A DNA stretch of 64,000 bases from Octopus sinensis (Eukaryota), in contig NC_043007.1 in the NCBI RefSeq assembly GCF_006345805.1, positions 41,292,001 through 41,356,000 on the forward strand. Reading direction: 5' to 3'. This document shows, in pieces, positions 26,201 through 41,200 of the stretch. Under the pieces are notes generated by a model. The model saw nothing but the letters and a program-made list of their open reading frames with translations, was not told the origin of the DNA and ran no database searches. The number at the start of each line of letters is the position of its first letter. The first letter of the stretch is position 1. A program made the position numbers and the translations under genes.

Positions 26201-29200
26201 GGTCCTAATATTTTGTATTAGGAAGGTTAAATTTTACAATTCATTTTGGTGGATGGGTGGAGGGAGTCACCTAAATTGGAGAATGAATAATGAAGAAGTT
26301 AACATTTCCATTGAAATACTGTCTTCTCAGACTGCTACTCTATTTTATTGACACTAGAGAGATGAAAGGCAAAGTTCACCTTAATGGGATTTGAATTCAA
26401 GCTGTAAAGAGCCAGAAAAAAAATAGTGAATTTGAATTCTCTGAAACAATAATAATGATGATAGAGGTGATAACAAAGATGGCAGACAAAAACAAAAAAG
26501 AGTTGGGAGGAATGGAAAGAGAGACATGAAGCTACTAGTTATGTTACTTACCATGAGCTGTCGTACAAAGCCTTCATTTGGATTTATACAGAACCGTCTT
26601 AGCTGTACATGAGAGGAGGCTTGGCTGTAAAGAGGTAGAAGCAATATCATAACTTTACATATTATCAAACATTGGACTTTGCAACTGACATAAGCAGTGT
26701 CATCACACTGATACAAAATCTCCTTCCACCCTCTCAAATACTCTCCCACTTAGTCAAGGGGACTTTCCTTTTACTTTATCTTTCCTGTCTTGCAAGTTAC
26801 TTAGCAACTTAACATGTGCTAGTTGCACAAGGAAAAAAAACACCCACTACACATTGTAAAATGGTTGGTATTAGGAAGTACATCCAGCCCTAGAAACCAT
26901 GCCAAAGCTGACAGCACAATGCAGTCTTTGGACCCATCAGATCCATGTCCAACCCATGTAGCAATGTAGTCCATACACTCATACAATCAGCCTTTTCTCA
27001 GAGAGAGAGAGAGAGAGACCTTTTGTTGTTCTCTGTAATCATTTCTTGCCAAGAAATTTTCTGGTAGCTCTGCACTTTCAAAAACATGCAAAACACCCTG
27101 GCTTGAGAAAAACAAGTATGCATTAATAGCAGGAAGGGCATCTGGCAGTAAACCAAAACATCAAAACAGATGTAAAAACATATGAACTTAACTACAAAAC
27201 CAGCAAATGTTTATTACTTACCGATACGACAGACTATATCTTTCCATTATGAAAGCTATTACCATGGCAGCACTGGTAAGAGAAAACAAATTAAAATAAA
27301 TATAAAATCATATATATATACACACACACATGAATGTATGTATGCCTGTATATAAACAACATGTTTAAAATAAATATAATAAATATTTGAGAGACAGTAA
27401 TAATAATGAAAAAAATGGTATCAGAGAGGTGAAGCATATCCTGTACACGCACAAGGATAAAATAAAATTTAATTTCATAATCTCAGACGAATTCATATTT
27501 CAACAAGAGTTATTTTCCCTGCGTATTATTTATGCCTATGTAAATAAAGTAAAAAAACATTTTGATTCACCAAACCAAAATTTAGTGAGTTCAAGCCACT
27601 CACCCAATGAGTATTTCTGCCAAATTTGGAGAAAATCTGTTCAGCCATTTTCCAGTAATTTTGCAAACACACAGACAAAGATGAGCAACTACAATACCCT
27701 GCTTTCACCTATGCGCACAAGGTAACAAATAACATGTTTGTGGCAATAGAAATGTTAGAGAAGGTGTGTGTAGGGGGAAGTGGGTAATAGTAAACTAATG
27801 ACGACAGTGATGAGTGGTGGTGGTAAGGTTATTGCTCATATATAATGCCACTTTTCTGAAGATAAGCAATAATAACTCCAATTGTTTGTTGCAAATTACT
27901 GGTGTACAGTAAATGCTGGGAGGAACCACCAGCCAACTGTATATACATCTGCTACTCAGAGTAAATGTTCCAAGGATGGGTTGTGAGAAATTCTGGATCT
28001 GGCACTACTGACTGTGCCTTCAAAGACAAGGCAGTCTGTATGTAGTCATTCAAATTGTCAGGAATAGCAGCTAAATATCCCTGAAGTCACCATTACCTAA
28101 TACAGTCATGGTTGTGTTAAGAAGTCGGCACTATGTTACTTTGGGCAGGCGTCTTCTACTATAACGCCACTGTATATATGTGTGTGCATGACTGTGTATC
28201 TTTGTCTTAACATCAGACAGTTTGACATTTTTTACAAAAATATTTACTGATTAATATAGGCTGTATGGTTTTTTTTTACCTTCTTGATATGCCAGCATTT
28301 CCATGCACAAGAGCTCGGCCACCTTGTCGAAAGCAGTCATCTAGAAAGTCCTTCACCTGTGAAAAATATGGAACCGACTATTAAAGATATAGAAGTGAAA
28401 CAGAATCAATATAGATTAGAGTAAATAGCAAAAGAATCCATAGAAAGTAGAGTTGGTCTGTATCAGCAAATAGAAAGTATGAAATGTTTACACACTGGAA
28501 TACATTATTTCACTATGAGGAAAAGAATTCTAACATTTTTCCAACAAAGGAACAATCTTACCAATAAAACATTAGATTTTACCTCTTTCTTGCAGCAACA
28601 TTATTTATTCCAGTTTAGGAATTTTACTATTAAAGGTATTGTGTAATCTTTTAAAACATATTCTATGCATGAATATTTACCATTTTTTAGCTTGATTACA
28701 AATAGACTGAATAATGACTAAGCTATTTTATATATACATATATCCCTTATGTAGTGCTTTCTTAATAATAATAATCCTTTCTATTAAAGGCAAAAGGCCT
28801 GAAATTTTAGGGGAGGTGGTTAGTTGCTTACATCAACCCCAGTGCTCATCTGATACTTATTTCATCAACCACGAAAGGCTGAAAGACAAAGTCAACCTCA
28901 TTAGAATTAGAATTCAGAACATAAAGACCAACTTGGCAAGCTCTTTAATTTTACCAAGTACTTTTCCAGCACTACATTATTTCTTTCCCTGGAAAGACTG
29001 AAGGAAAGTAGAGTCATATGCCTTGTCTAAGGGCACAGTAGTTGTAACCTGGTTCTTTGTTATTTCAGATAAACATCCAAATAACTGACTGATAACTGGG
29101 GAGTTACCACACTTACGTATGACATACCAGAAATCATAGCGGCTATCAAATCTTCATCAGATACCATCCTAACATCTGAATAAAGTAGTCCTTGATACAT

Positions 29201-32200
29201 TATGCCTAAAAAGAAAAAGACAGGCTAAACATGCCTGGAATGTCTTTTAATATAATACTTGCCCAGTGAAGGTTGAAAATAAGGGTTAACTATTTGTTAC
29301 CATGTTTCTGTTAAAATACACTGCCTCTGCCTCAATTATTACTGAAAATAATGAAGACCTTAGTAAAATAACCTTGTCATTATTGGGCTGGTGTTTGGAA
29401 CATAAACTATCCAAAAATATTGATGGGATGTTTTAATTTAGATCACTTTCGAGACAGTGAGCTAGCAGAATAGTTTGTGCAGCAGACAAAATGCTTAGCA
29501 GCATTTCATCCAGCAATTTCTGTTCTGACTTCAATTCCCATCAAAGTTAACTTTGGTTTTCATCCTCTCAAGGTCAATAAAATAAAGTATCAGTCAAGTA
29601 TGAGATTCAGTGTAATCAACAAATCCCTTATTCATAAAACTGTTGACCTTGTGCCAAAAATTTGAGACAATTTATATCACTTTAAAACAGAGAAACCAAG
29701 GGATAGTCTTAAGAAAACTGGTATCAAAAGGGTTAAACAATAACGTTGTCCAAAGAAGGAAAAACAACTGAAATAGCAGAAAATGAATAAATTCATGATA
29801 CCTTTTTGAAATGTTGAATAATATTTTCTGTGGGTTTATCAGCAATATTGAGCAGTAAATATCTACAAAGAAAGAAAAAACAAGATTAACACAACAAACA
29901 ATAATATATCATGGTTTTTTTTACATCCATTTTGCTAAGCTGGCATGGGTTAGATGAAACACATTGAAGGAAATTATCTGTGGCTGGGTACTCTTTCTAT
30001 CACCAGTTCTATCAACTAGAGTAGTTTATATTCCACCATCGTCCGCTCACATTGTGCTAATGATGTTGACATACAGAATTGACATTTATATACAAAGGCT
30101 CTCTCTCTCTTTCTCACACACATTCACATATTTAGATCATTATCACCATTTTAACATGCACTTTTCCACACTTGCAATGGGTAATATGGAATTACTAGAA
30201 GCAAGTTTCCAACAACCAGATGCCGTTCATGTTATCAACCCTCATTTCTAAGCAAGGTAATATTACCATTTAACAAGACATGTTTTCAATGAAGACTAAC
30301 GATGAGAGACTCCAATTGTATGATGGTGATGTTCTTTTATAAATATTGATTGATGTCAAGATAAAGAGAAAGAGAGAGACACACACACACACACAGGTGT
30401 TGCTGTGTGGTAAATAGGTTGCTTCCTAGCCACATGGTTTTGGGTTCAGTCCCACTGCTTGGTACCTTGGGCAAATGTCTGCTACTGTAGCCCTGAACCA
30501 ACCAAAACATTGTGAGTGGGTTTGGTAGACAGAAACTGAAAGAAGCCTATCAAATAGGTGTATGTATTTGTTACTCTCTCCTTGCCTTGTGATAGTTGCA
30601 ATAAGTGTCACTATCATGCAAGCAGAGTTTTTGCGGCTGGATTACCTTCCTAATGCCAACTACCTTACAGAGTGAACTGAGTGCTTTATATATAATAGGC
30701 AAGGAGGCACTCTCATACGTATGCATACACATGCAATCTTGCTTTTAACAGAAATACTCACACAAAATGCTGCAGGAAATTTGGACGGATAAATCGAGCT
30801 TCCACATCTTGCCGAATACAGACAATGTGTGTGATTCCATGTTTCTTTAGAGTCTCATACTAGAAGAATACAGAGAGAGAGAGAAAGTAGGAAACATAAG
30901 AAAATATGTTACAACAACATTAACAACAAATTCATTAAATAAATGACTAAAAATAAATTGTTAATGAGATGATAATCCTTCAAACAATTAACATCTTTAG
31001 TGATGAACATCATCACCACTGTTTCAGGCTTGCATAGGTGTCAAATGGAATTTAAGGCATATTTTCTACAGCTGGATACCCTTCCTGTAGCCAACAGCCA
31101 CCTGTTTCCAATTAAAATAATATTCCATTATTTACAATTGATGGATATTTTCCTCATCTTGTCAATTATGCATTGAGGAACATTAGTGGTATCAATCTCA
31201 CCAGTCTAACGAAACCTGTGAAGGCTATGGGCACAGCCTCTTCCTCCAGGCCTAGCAAATTAGAGGAAAAGAATAAAAGATTTATTTATTATTGATGGAC
31301 AGTAAACCTGACTCTAGGACCCAAGTGGATTTTACTGTAGAACATAAAGGGCTGTAACTAAATAACCCACATGGTATTTTGTTTGAGCTCTGTTATGTCT
31401 CCATTTTACAGGTTTGCATTACAAATAATAATTTTAAAATCTAACACAAGACCACAGACCCCATATAGTCCTTTACTGGTTAGAAGGGGAAGTACTTACT
31501 TTGTTCTTCATGGCAGCAGCATACGGTCCAAGAAACAGTCCAGGGACAATTTCCTGTATAAAAGAGAATATAAGCTTAGTATCAACAATAGTGGTGATGG
31601 TAGTATAGATGTGTTGGTTATTAGCCTCACCTTGACCCTAATAAAGCAGACTTACAATCAAAAATATTCTAACCATAGCTGACTTTTCTTTTATTCAAAC
31701 ATAATGTACCGAGGACTACAATATCCAATGTATCCTTCAACTGAGGGGAAATTTGGCTGATGTTCCTCATGGGATTTTGAGGTGTCGTGATGGTGATAGC
31801 AATGATGGTATTATTATTGTAAAGTTAGTGGTAATGGTGGTGGTGATAGTTGTTTAGCTCCAGGTTATCCCTACCTACCAGGCCTATGATCAAAAGTATT
31901 TCAGCGATGACCATTCTGTTTCTCACCCAGGGACAGTGCAGGCAAAATCACATAATCCTATGTGTCATTTTCCTCAAAGATGATAGGACATAACTTGAGA
32001 TTTGGCAGTTATCTCCAGCATGTCAAGCTCTACTTCTTGTTGGTAATGTTAGTGTTGGTTGAAAAGAGATGATAATAACAGTGGTGCTATACACATATAA
32101 TAAGGCGGTGAGCTGGCAGAAATGTTAGCACGCCAGGCGAAATGCTTAGCCGTATTTTGTCTGCCGCTACGTTCTGAGTTCAAATTCCGCCGAGGTCAAC

Positions 32201-35200
32201 TTTGCCTTTCATCCTTTCGGGGTCGATTAAATAAGTACCAGTTACGCACTGGGGTCGATGTAATCGACTTAATCCGTTTGTCTGTCCTTGTTTGTCCTCT
32301 CTGTGTTTAGCCCCTTATGGGTAGTAAAGAAATAGCTATACACATATAATAATTTTGCTGTCATGGTAAGGAGATGAAGTGGAAGTAGGAAGGTGTCAAA
32401 CAACTAATGAACACGTTATTTACATTATTTACATTTGACAGATATTTGTCCTCATCTTGTTTGTTGTTAACACAATGTTTTGGCTGATATACCCTCCAGC
32501 CTTCATCAAGTGTTTCGGGGAAATTTCGAACCTGGGTTCTCATTCCTAAGGTATTTTTCAATGTTATTATTATAATCATTATTCAGGTCACTGCCTGGAA
32601 TCAAACTCAGAATCTTGGGTTAAATGATGATGATATCTATAAGGGTACACAATACCTGCATTTCTCTCCTCATCGAGTAAGACCAGTCCTAAAAATAGAA
32701 ACATAAAGAAATGCAACTGAGAAGTTTTACAGAAATACAAATTAATTGCTGAAACTTCAATGTAACATAAGACATTATTATTAATTTGAGACAGAAAAAC
32801 CAAACAGGCCAGTCAATTGGTAGAATTTGGAAGATTAATCTATCGGATGCCCAAAGATATCCTTATTAATTCCACTACAGTAAAACCTCCCACTATTTCA
32901 TCTAAAATTAGGTACTATAAAGTTGTGCCTGCAATTTTAGCCATACTTCTTTATCTCTAAGCATAGGTGTGTGGTTCAGGTGTTGGGCTCAAAATCATTA
33001 GGTAGACAAAAAAATAATTGTGTGTGTGTGTATATATACATACAAGCACATACACAAGGGATAAGATATCTTTCAAGTAACAGTGAACACTAAAGGTTAG
33101 AGGGAAAACTTTAGTCTTGCTGAGGACAAAACAACAGTGCTAGTGTTGGTACCTTGATAAAGTGCACCCAGAACGCTCAGTAAAGTGGTTGGTCAAAGGA
33201 AGGAGATCACCAGAGTCAATAGGAACATGGTGCTTTCACTGTAAGTACCAATGAGCAATCAATCATTTCCCCCTGTTCATCTTCTTGGTCAATGTTCTCA
33301 TCAGAGAAAATCTAGAGCATAACAGGTTTCATGGGGTGTTTAAGCTTGTTCAGCAAACACTTCAACCAGATCACATAAGACTTACCAGATATAAACTGCC
33401 CTCCCCCTCACCACCTTGCACTTATACCTGATGTCTTGTCTGGCAGTGACCCTGCCATCTTAAGCCACTTGTTGATGGCCCTCACCAATTCATTAAAGTT
33501 GTGGCTAATGTACTGGAATCAGCCATCCTGACAATGTTTGATCAAAGACAATGTTTCTTTCTCTGGACCGCAGACAACATACATAAAATGTTACAACTAA
33601 AGGCTTCAAGCTCAAGAAACTAGCCATATTCAGGAACCTTGGAGACACCCGAGTTGCCGTGATTGGTGGTAGGAGCCATGAGCATGTCTTTTCTTGTAAT
33701 TTTTTTAAATATTTCTTGTCAGATTGGAATCTGCCACACTGAAGTCATCAATATACCCAAAGAAATGAAACAGTGAAAATTTGGCATGTGCTGTCACACT
33801 GCATTTACAGCCTGCTAAAGTTGTATTCACAAATACTCTATGCACTCTTAATGTGTATACACACACATACATACACAAATGTGTGGTACATAAATATAGA
33901 GACAGATGTGTGGCCGTTGCCAGCCTCGTCTGGCCTCCGTGCTGGTGGCACGTTAAAAGCACTATTCGATCGTGGACGTTTGCCAGCCTCGTCTGGCACC
34001 TGTGCCGGTGGCACGTAAAAAGCACCTACTACACTTACAGAGTGGTTGGCGTTAGGAAGGGCATCCAGCTGTAGAAACACTGCCAGATCAGACTGGGCCT
34101 GGTGCAGCCTTCTGGCTTCCCAGACCCCAGTTGAACCGTCCAACCCATGCTAGCATGGAAAGCAGACGTTAAATGATGATGATGATGTGTCAGTGTATGG
34201 TCAAGAAGTTTGCTTCCAACCATGAGGTTTCTGCTTCAGTTTCACTGCTTGCTACCATCGGCAAGGGTTTTCTTCTATAGCATTGAACAAACCAAACTGT
34301 GTGAGTGTATATGGTAGGCAAAAACTGAAAGAAGCCCGTTGTGTGTGAGAGTTATATATGTGTGTGTCTATCATCATGCTGACATCGTATGATAGTTGTA
34401 AATAAGTGTCACAGTCATACAAGGAGTGCCATTCATTTCCAAAATTCTGCCAAAGCATGTGTGGCCATGGAAAAATATTACCTTGCTTGGAAGCAGGTAA
34501 GGGTTGGTGACAGGAAGGGTATTCGGCCCCATTTTACATCCATTTTCCTGTGCTACTCTGGACTAGACGAAAATATTTCTGTAGCATTGCTTTATAGCCA
34601 GATATCCTTCCTGTTGCTAACCCATTACATGTATCTGAAGTAAGGGATTCTTATTCACACAACTTTGAAGGCGTGAAGGGAATGGACGATTTCTTGTTAA
34701 TGGGAATAGCATTGCCGTTCATAGCACAAATGTAAACAAACACACAGACATACGCGTGCACGCACAGGTCAAGCTTCTTTCAGTCAGCCATATCCAATGA
34801 CAAGGCTTTGGTTGACTTGGGGCTGTAGAAGACACTTGGGCAAGACTTCCTTTTGTACCCTGCCCAACACGCCTTTTTTTTTTTTCTACACAAACGCCCG
34901 TTTTCGGCTACGGAGAATACGAATCTGCCAAAAAATTGGCAAAAATCGGCATTTTGAAATTACCCCCACCCCTAAATTCTTCATTTTTAACTTTTTTCAG
35001 AATGTTCTTTTTTTTCAAAATATGCGGAAAATACGGAGATTATGATTCTGAAAAAGTTGCCAAAAATTTCTCTACTTAGGGTTAGGGGGAAGGGGGCCCA
35101 AACATTTCAAAATTTCGATTTTTGGCAATTTTCCGGAATCTCCATATTCGAAAACTTGGGTTTATGGCAAAAAAAAAAAACAATTTGCGAGAAAGTGGTG

Positions 35201-38200
35201 GGGGGAGGAAGTCTTTCCGACATTTGTTCCAGGTGCCTGTATCAGCAATTTCTGTTAATGTTTCTTTAATTTTTTCAGCTGAATCGATTGCTTATGTGTG
35301 TATGTATGTGTGTGTATGTATGCGTTTATGTGCATGCATGTATGTATGTATGCGTTTATGTGCATGTATGTATGTATGTTTGAGACTGTATATGTATGCA
35401 CAAACAAATATACATACATATATATATAAACACATAATACATACATAAAATAAACGATTAACTTGAAGAAAAGTTTATTCACGGTAATTACCTAACAAAT
35501 GCTTTCACTTTTAAAATACTTTCTCCGAAAGATTGCCATGAGAAAAAGATTTGGTCATATTACACGGGAGCAATAGAACTCAAATATATAAAGTATATAT
35601 ATTTATTCGCTCTGAAACTACAGAAATGATTCAAGGGCCCAGATTTTCGTGCCAGAGCAAGCGGTGTTGCAGTCAGTAAACTCTAGGTCCTTAAATCACT
35701 AACATAATTTCACTACTGATTATATATATACATAGAAATCCACACACACACGATGTCGATTAATTTTTGACACCACTTACCTCGAAATAGTCATCTTCAT
35801 AGTTCATCGCATTGGCATCAGTTTTAATATTTCCCCCTCTTCTTGTCTGTCTTTATTTATTAAACGTCGCTTTTATTAATCCTATTGCAGCTATTGACGA
35901 TGACCACAGACATGACGATAATAGATATTCCTCATAGTAAAAAGGTATACGATTCCTCCTCTTTGTAAGAATTTTTTAAATACTTATTAATACTAATATC
36001 ACATATATTTCTTTCAACGGCAACTATATATATATATATATCTTCAAAACAATTTTCGTGTTCGAGAAATTCCTAGCGTGTAATATTTCTTTTCGTAATA
36101 TAGTTTGTTTGTTTTTTTTAATCGTGTTTTTGTTGGCTCAAAATAATTTGTCTCTCCACGATGAATGCAAAATTACGAAACAGTAAGAACAACAAACCTT
36201 CAAGAAAATGTTTCAGCTCCTAAAATACAACTTTAATAAAACTTCGTAAATGTTTGCTCACAAGCACACGCCAAAAAAAAAAAAAAGATAAAAAAGTATT
36301 TAAATACGAAATTATACAAACAACTTCTTCGGTATATGGAAATTATTTTGTGTCTGGTTTTGTGTGTATACACATATATACATTACAAAAATAAATATAT
36401 AATATAATTCATAAATAAATAACAAGAATAAGTTTTAAACTCCATGGCAAAAGTTTCTCAGTTGCAGAAATGCGAGAGTCTAAATGAAGGTAGAGTAAGG
36501 GAGATAATAAAACTCCAAAGCAATAGGCTGAAACGAGTAATCTACCTTGACATAATATTACGTTGTAATGAACTTCTTTATGCGGCGGCGTAGCCGGCAG
36601 CTTGGAGGGGGGAGAGAAACGGAGGAAGAAGTTGTAAGTAGTATATCTTACAGAAAGAGAACAGGAGAACTGATTGAATGACATTTTTTACTTGTCAAGG
36701 GTATCAGTGACAAGCAAAAACGAAAGGTGAATTCCACAGAAGAGGAGAAATAAATGCGTAATTTGAGCCCTTTCAGTTCAGTTCACTTCTATTATTAAAG
36801 ACATCTAACGGAGAAACATTAAGTAATCGTCACTCTAGGTTGCAGCCCAAAAACCTGATCCGTCAATATATCCTCAAGTGCCTGTTCCACATTAAAATTA
36901 TAGCCAGTTAATCAAACATTACGATTGAGAGACACGCATGTCTAATATCTGTCAGATATCCCATCCTATGAGTTCTGTAACACAAACAAGTCCAAGTTTA
37001 TGATCGTCGTCGTTGTTTAACGTTCACTTTCCCATGCTTACATAGGTCAGGTCGAATGTACTGAAGCAGACTTTCTATAACTGGATGCCCTTCTTGTTGC
37101 CAACACTCATCTGTTTCTAAGCAAGGTAATAATCTCCATGGACAAATATTTTTTTACAGAATAATGAAAGTAAATGATACTGCCTATATGACGGTGACAT
37201 TCATTTTCAAAAATCATGCATCGACAAGAAAAGGAGAGGCAAATATGCACACACACAACATATATGCACATACACACTATATACGAGATGGTACTGAAAA
37301 ATTCTGGCTTTAGGTAAAAGAAAATACAGGAGGATCAGTTAATGATGATTTTATTCATCATATTCCCCTCCCAGATTCACACACTTACTGCACCGGTTCT
37401 TCAGTTTTTCTAATCCCTGTAAAAGAACTCGAATGGTTGGGCCTCCAACCAGGCCTTTCACAATACCCTCAAAGCCAGAAACTTTTCAATACCTCCTTGT
37501 ATGCACAGACACACACGATAGGCTTCTTTCAGTTTCCATCTGTCAAATCTACTCACAAGGCTTAGTAGAAGACACTTGTCCAAGTTGTAATGCAGAGGTA
37601 CTGAAGTTCTTAACCACACAGCAACACCTATTTTTAGAAATTGGCCATAATCCTTATAATTGCAGCCAAATTAATGAGGATGCTAACCTAGTCCATGTCC
37701 AGTTTGACACCCACACCTGATCCCTGGATGTCTTTAGCAGAGTCCATTCTGCTGCATGAATTCAGGACAGTGTCTCCTATCAAGTGATAACTTCCTCTTG
37801 TCCTCATACCAATTACAGAGACACTACCAAAAAAATTCATGGGTGCTGTCCCCACCACCAATGTTTGGCCAAGTCTTTATAAAGAGATAAATAAAAACTG
37901 AAAGCTTGACAATGTATAAGCTAAAACCACTGCTGTGATGTGCATGTAGATAAATCAATTATCCATGGACACAGAGATAGTGACATGTCCATGGCTAAGT
38001 CACTTCCAATCAATGTTTTGATGCATCTATGGCTAAAACACTTGTGAACAATGTTGTGATTTGTTGCTAATTTACCTGTAATCAGTGTTGTGATGTTTCT
38101 CTCTGTGTGGCTGGATAACCATGTACTTCCTCTAAAGTAAGATATCTGTTTCTGCCTCTCTGTCTCATTCAAACATTTCATCATCTAACAAAAGATCACC

Positions 38201-41200
38201 CCTACAATGTCTCCTCCCCTCTCAAAGATCCCCTGTCTTACAAGTTACTTGATGCCACATGAAAAGCATCCAGTCCGTGCCATTAAGTGATTGGTCTTTG
38301 GAAGGGTATCCAGTTATAAAAACCATGCCAAACTGACCTCGCCTGTGCTGGTGCTATGTAAAAAGCACTCTCTACTTTGCAGGGTGGTTGATGTTAGGAA
38401 GGACATCCAGCCATAAAAACCATGCCAAAACAGATACAGAAGCCTGAGATTATACTGTCCAATGGGTCTCTCCCTTTTTAAAAATGGTAGGATATATGTC
38501 AAAGATTTGGCTATTATTTCTAGCAAGTTTAATGACCAAACAGAGGTTTCTTTACTGGTTCATTCAAATAGATATTGGTTTAAAACAATCCCAGAGTAAT
38601 GAAGTAATGTAATCAGATTCAGGTCACAGTGAAATGCTTGTTAGCATTAAACTTCCTTCTTTAGTGTGTTATGTCAAGTTATACTCTTATTTTACTTAAT
38701 TACTGTTTTGCGTCCTAATTTCTTCAGCTAGTTTGGCCTGCATTGACTCAATTTCAGACAGTGGTTACCATGGATACTATTGCTGTGATATTTAGAACAC
38801 AACTTGACATACCAGCTGTGTGTCAAAGCTGAAAGATTTCCTTTAAAAAGACCACCTTCTGCCCACAACCAATACATGATTGCTCCAACTTACTACAAAT
38901 CACGTTTGTATTACACTCTACTGTCTTAGAACCATAAAAATACATTGGAAAATGTTTATCCCAATTGCACTGTGATTGAAAATAAAAAAAAACAGTTATA
39001 GCGAGTGCCTCTCATCATTCTTTAAATCGAATAATTATTATTGACTTGAACTGGTAAGAGCATTCATCATTATAATAATTTTAGCACCCACTTTTCCATA
39101 CTTGCATGGGTCAGACAGAATTTGTTGAGGTAGATTTTCTGCAAATAGATGTCCTTCTTGTTGCCAACCATCACACATTTTCAAGCAAGGTAATATTTTC
39201 CCTGGTCTATTGAACAACAGTTCAGGCATTAGTTATGGGCCTGTTTTTGTTTACAAAGATTGAGCAACATATCAAGACATGTCAATAAGTTTGAATATGC
39301 TTTCAAGGTTGACTGCAAGCACACAACACCATCTGTATTTATAGCAAGGCTGCTATTTGATATACAGTCAGCAAACACGTGGTGCCAAGCAGAAATATGA
39401 ACTCATGCACAAAGGCACATGTAGAAACACACACACAAGGCTTCTTTAGTTTCTACGAATTTCACTCACAAGACACTGGTTGACTCACAGCTATAGAACA
39501 TCAGCTGATGTTTAAGTAATGAGACCAAACTCCTAACCACTTGGTTCCAAAATGAACTTTTTAACTACATAGCTATTGCCTGCACTGATATACACAATTG
39601 CCTGTACCTATACATAGTCATGCTTCTGGCTTCTGCCTATACATAGCCATAATTTGCTGTAACATTCCAGTCAACTGTACTTAAAAACAAAAAAGTTAAA
39701 ACATACATACATTCTTAGCATTAGTATTATTATGGAGACAAGGGTTCATAAATACGTAGTAAGAAGCTCTGTTATTTGCTCCTGTTTTGTATACTTATGT
39801 ATCCATTACTGAAGCTTGCTTCATAGAAGTGATAGTAATATTCAATAAATATTCTGTCTCACCAGATTTCTCAGATGAAAGAAATTCAGTTCCATCTAGA
39901 TGGAGTTGCAAAGGACAAAGCTACATTTCTTCTTCTTGTGACTAACTTATAAATTTTTAAAAATTGGCTTTAAACATCAATAACACCACAGAAATGGTAC
40001 TATCAGTGTTCAGTTAGCTTGCAGTTCAGGGTTCAATTTTACCACCAGGCTAACTTCCTCCTATATTCAACAAAATCTGCAATGTTCCCTACAGTTCAGT
40101 TGGTTACAAAATATTTCATATCTGCAACATCTTTACACCATTGTGAGGTTTCATTGAGTTACACATCTTAAAATTACTTAAAATTTATTTCTGATCTGTC
40201 TCAACTTCCTTCCAATTGAACAGTTGAAATATTTTCAACTACGGATCAAAACCAGATCACATAATTCAACTTACAGATCACAACTGCCGTTTCAATCTTC
40301 TGTGAAAACTTATCCAGTCATGAGGAAATATTACCTTACTTGGAAACAGGTGAGAGCTGGCAACAGGAAGAGCATGGGATAGTGGATGCTAAAACAAATG
40401 ATGATGATGATATATATATATATATATATAGCATCATCATCATCATTATTATATATATGTATATATCATCTTCATTTAATGTTCCATGCCAACATAGGTT
40501 GGATATGGATGGATATATATATATATAGATGTATATGTGTATTCTAAATATTTGTTTTAGCCAATTATGTGTATACATGCAAAAATCCTTTACTGGATTT
40601 ACTGCAATGTTATAACATTGATTGATCTCGATTGTCATAGATATATGTTTCTTAGATGTTTTATGCATCATCTCCTTTCCATTTTAACATCCACTTTTCT
40701 ATGCTTGCACGAATCAGACAGAATTTGAGATAAATTTTCTGCAGCCCGATGTCCTTCCAGTTATCAATCCTTACCCGTTTCCAGACAAGGTAATATTCCC
40801 CATAGTCAGACCTGTTTTCCATAAAAGACTGGAAAGAAACAACATCACCTATATGATGGTGATGCTTACTTATGACCACCATGTGTTGATAAGACTTTGG
40901 TCAGCCTGGAGCTATAGCAAGAGACACTTGCCCAATGTGCTACACAGTGGAACTGAACCAAAGACCACAAAGTTGGAAAGCAAGCTTCTCAACCACACAG
41001 AATCTTTATTACTACAGTTCCATAGGATTATTTCAATGTTTGAAACATCACTTAGCTGATGAATAACTTCATTATTATCACATATCACAATCAAGTCCTA
41101 TTTGAATTTGGGTCTACTTGATACCGAGTTTAACATATAGTATCAGCATCATAACCAGAGAAGTTCCTGTGATTTATCCATGGGTTATATTTTCACAGCA

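Noticed and set aside
36580-36640. Possible + strand first exon MRRRSRQLGGGRETEEEV followed by gtaagt
   Set aside because: No downstream + strand exons or recognisable homology found; lies inside a STYX intron
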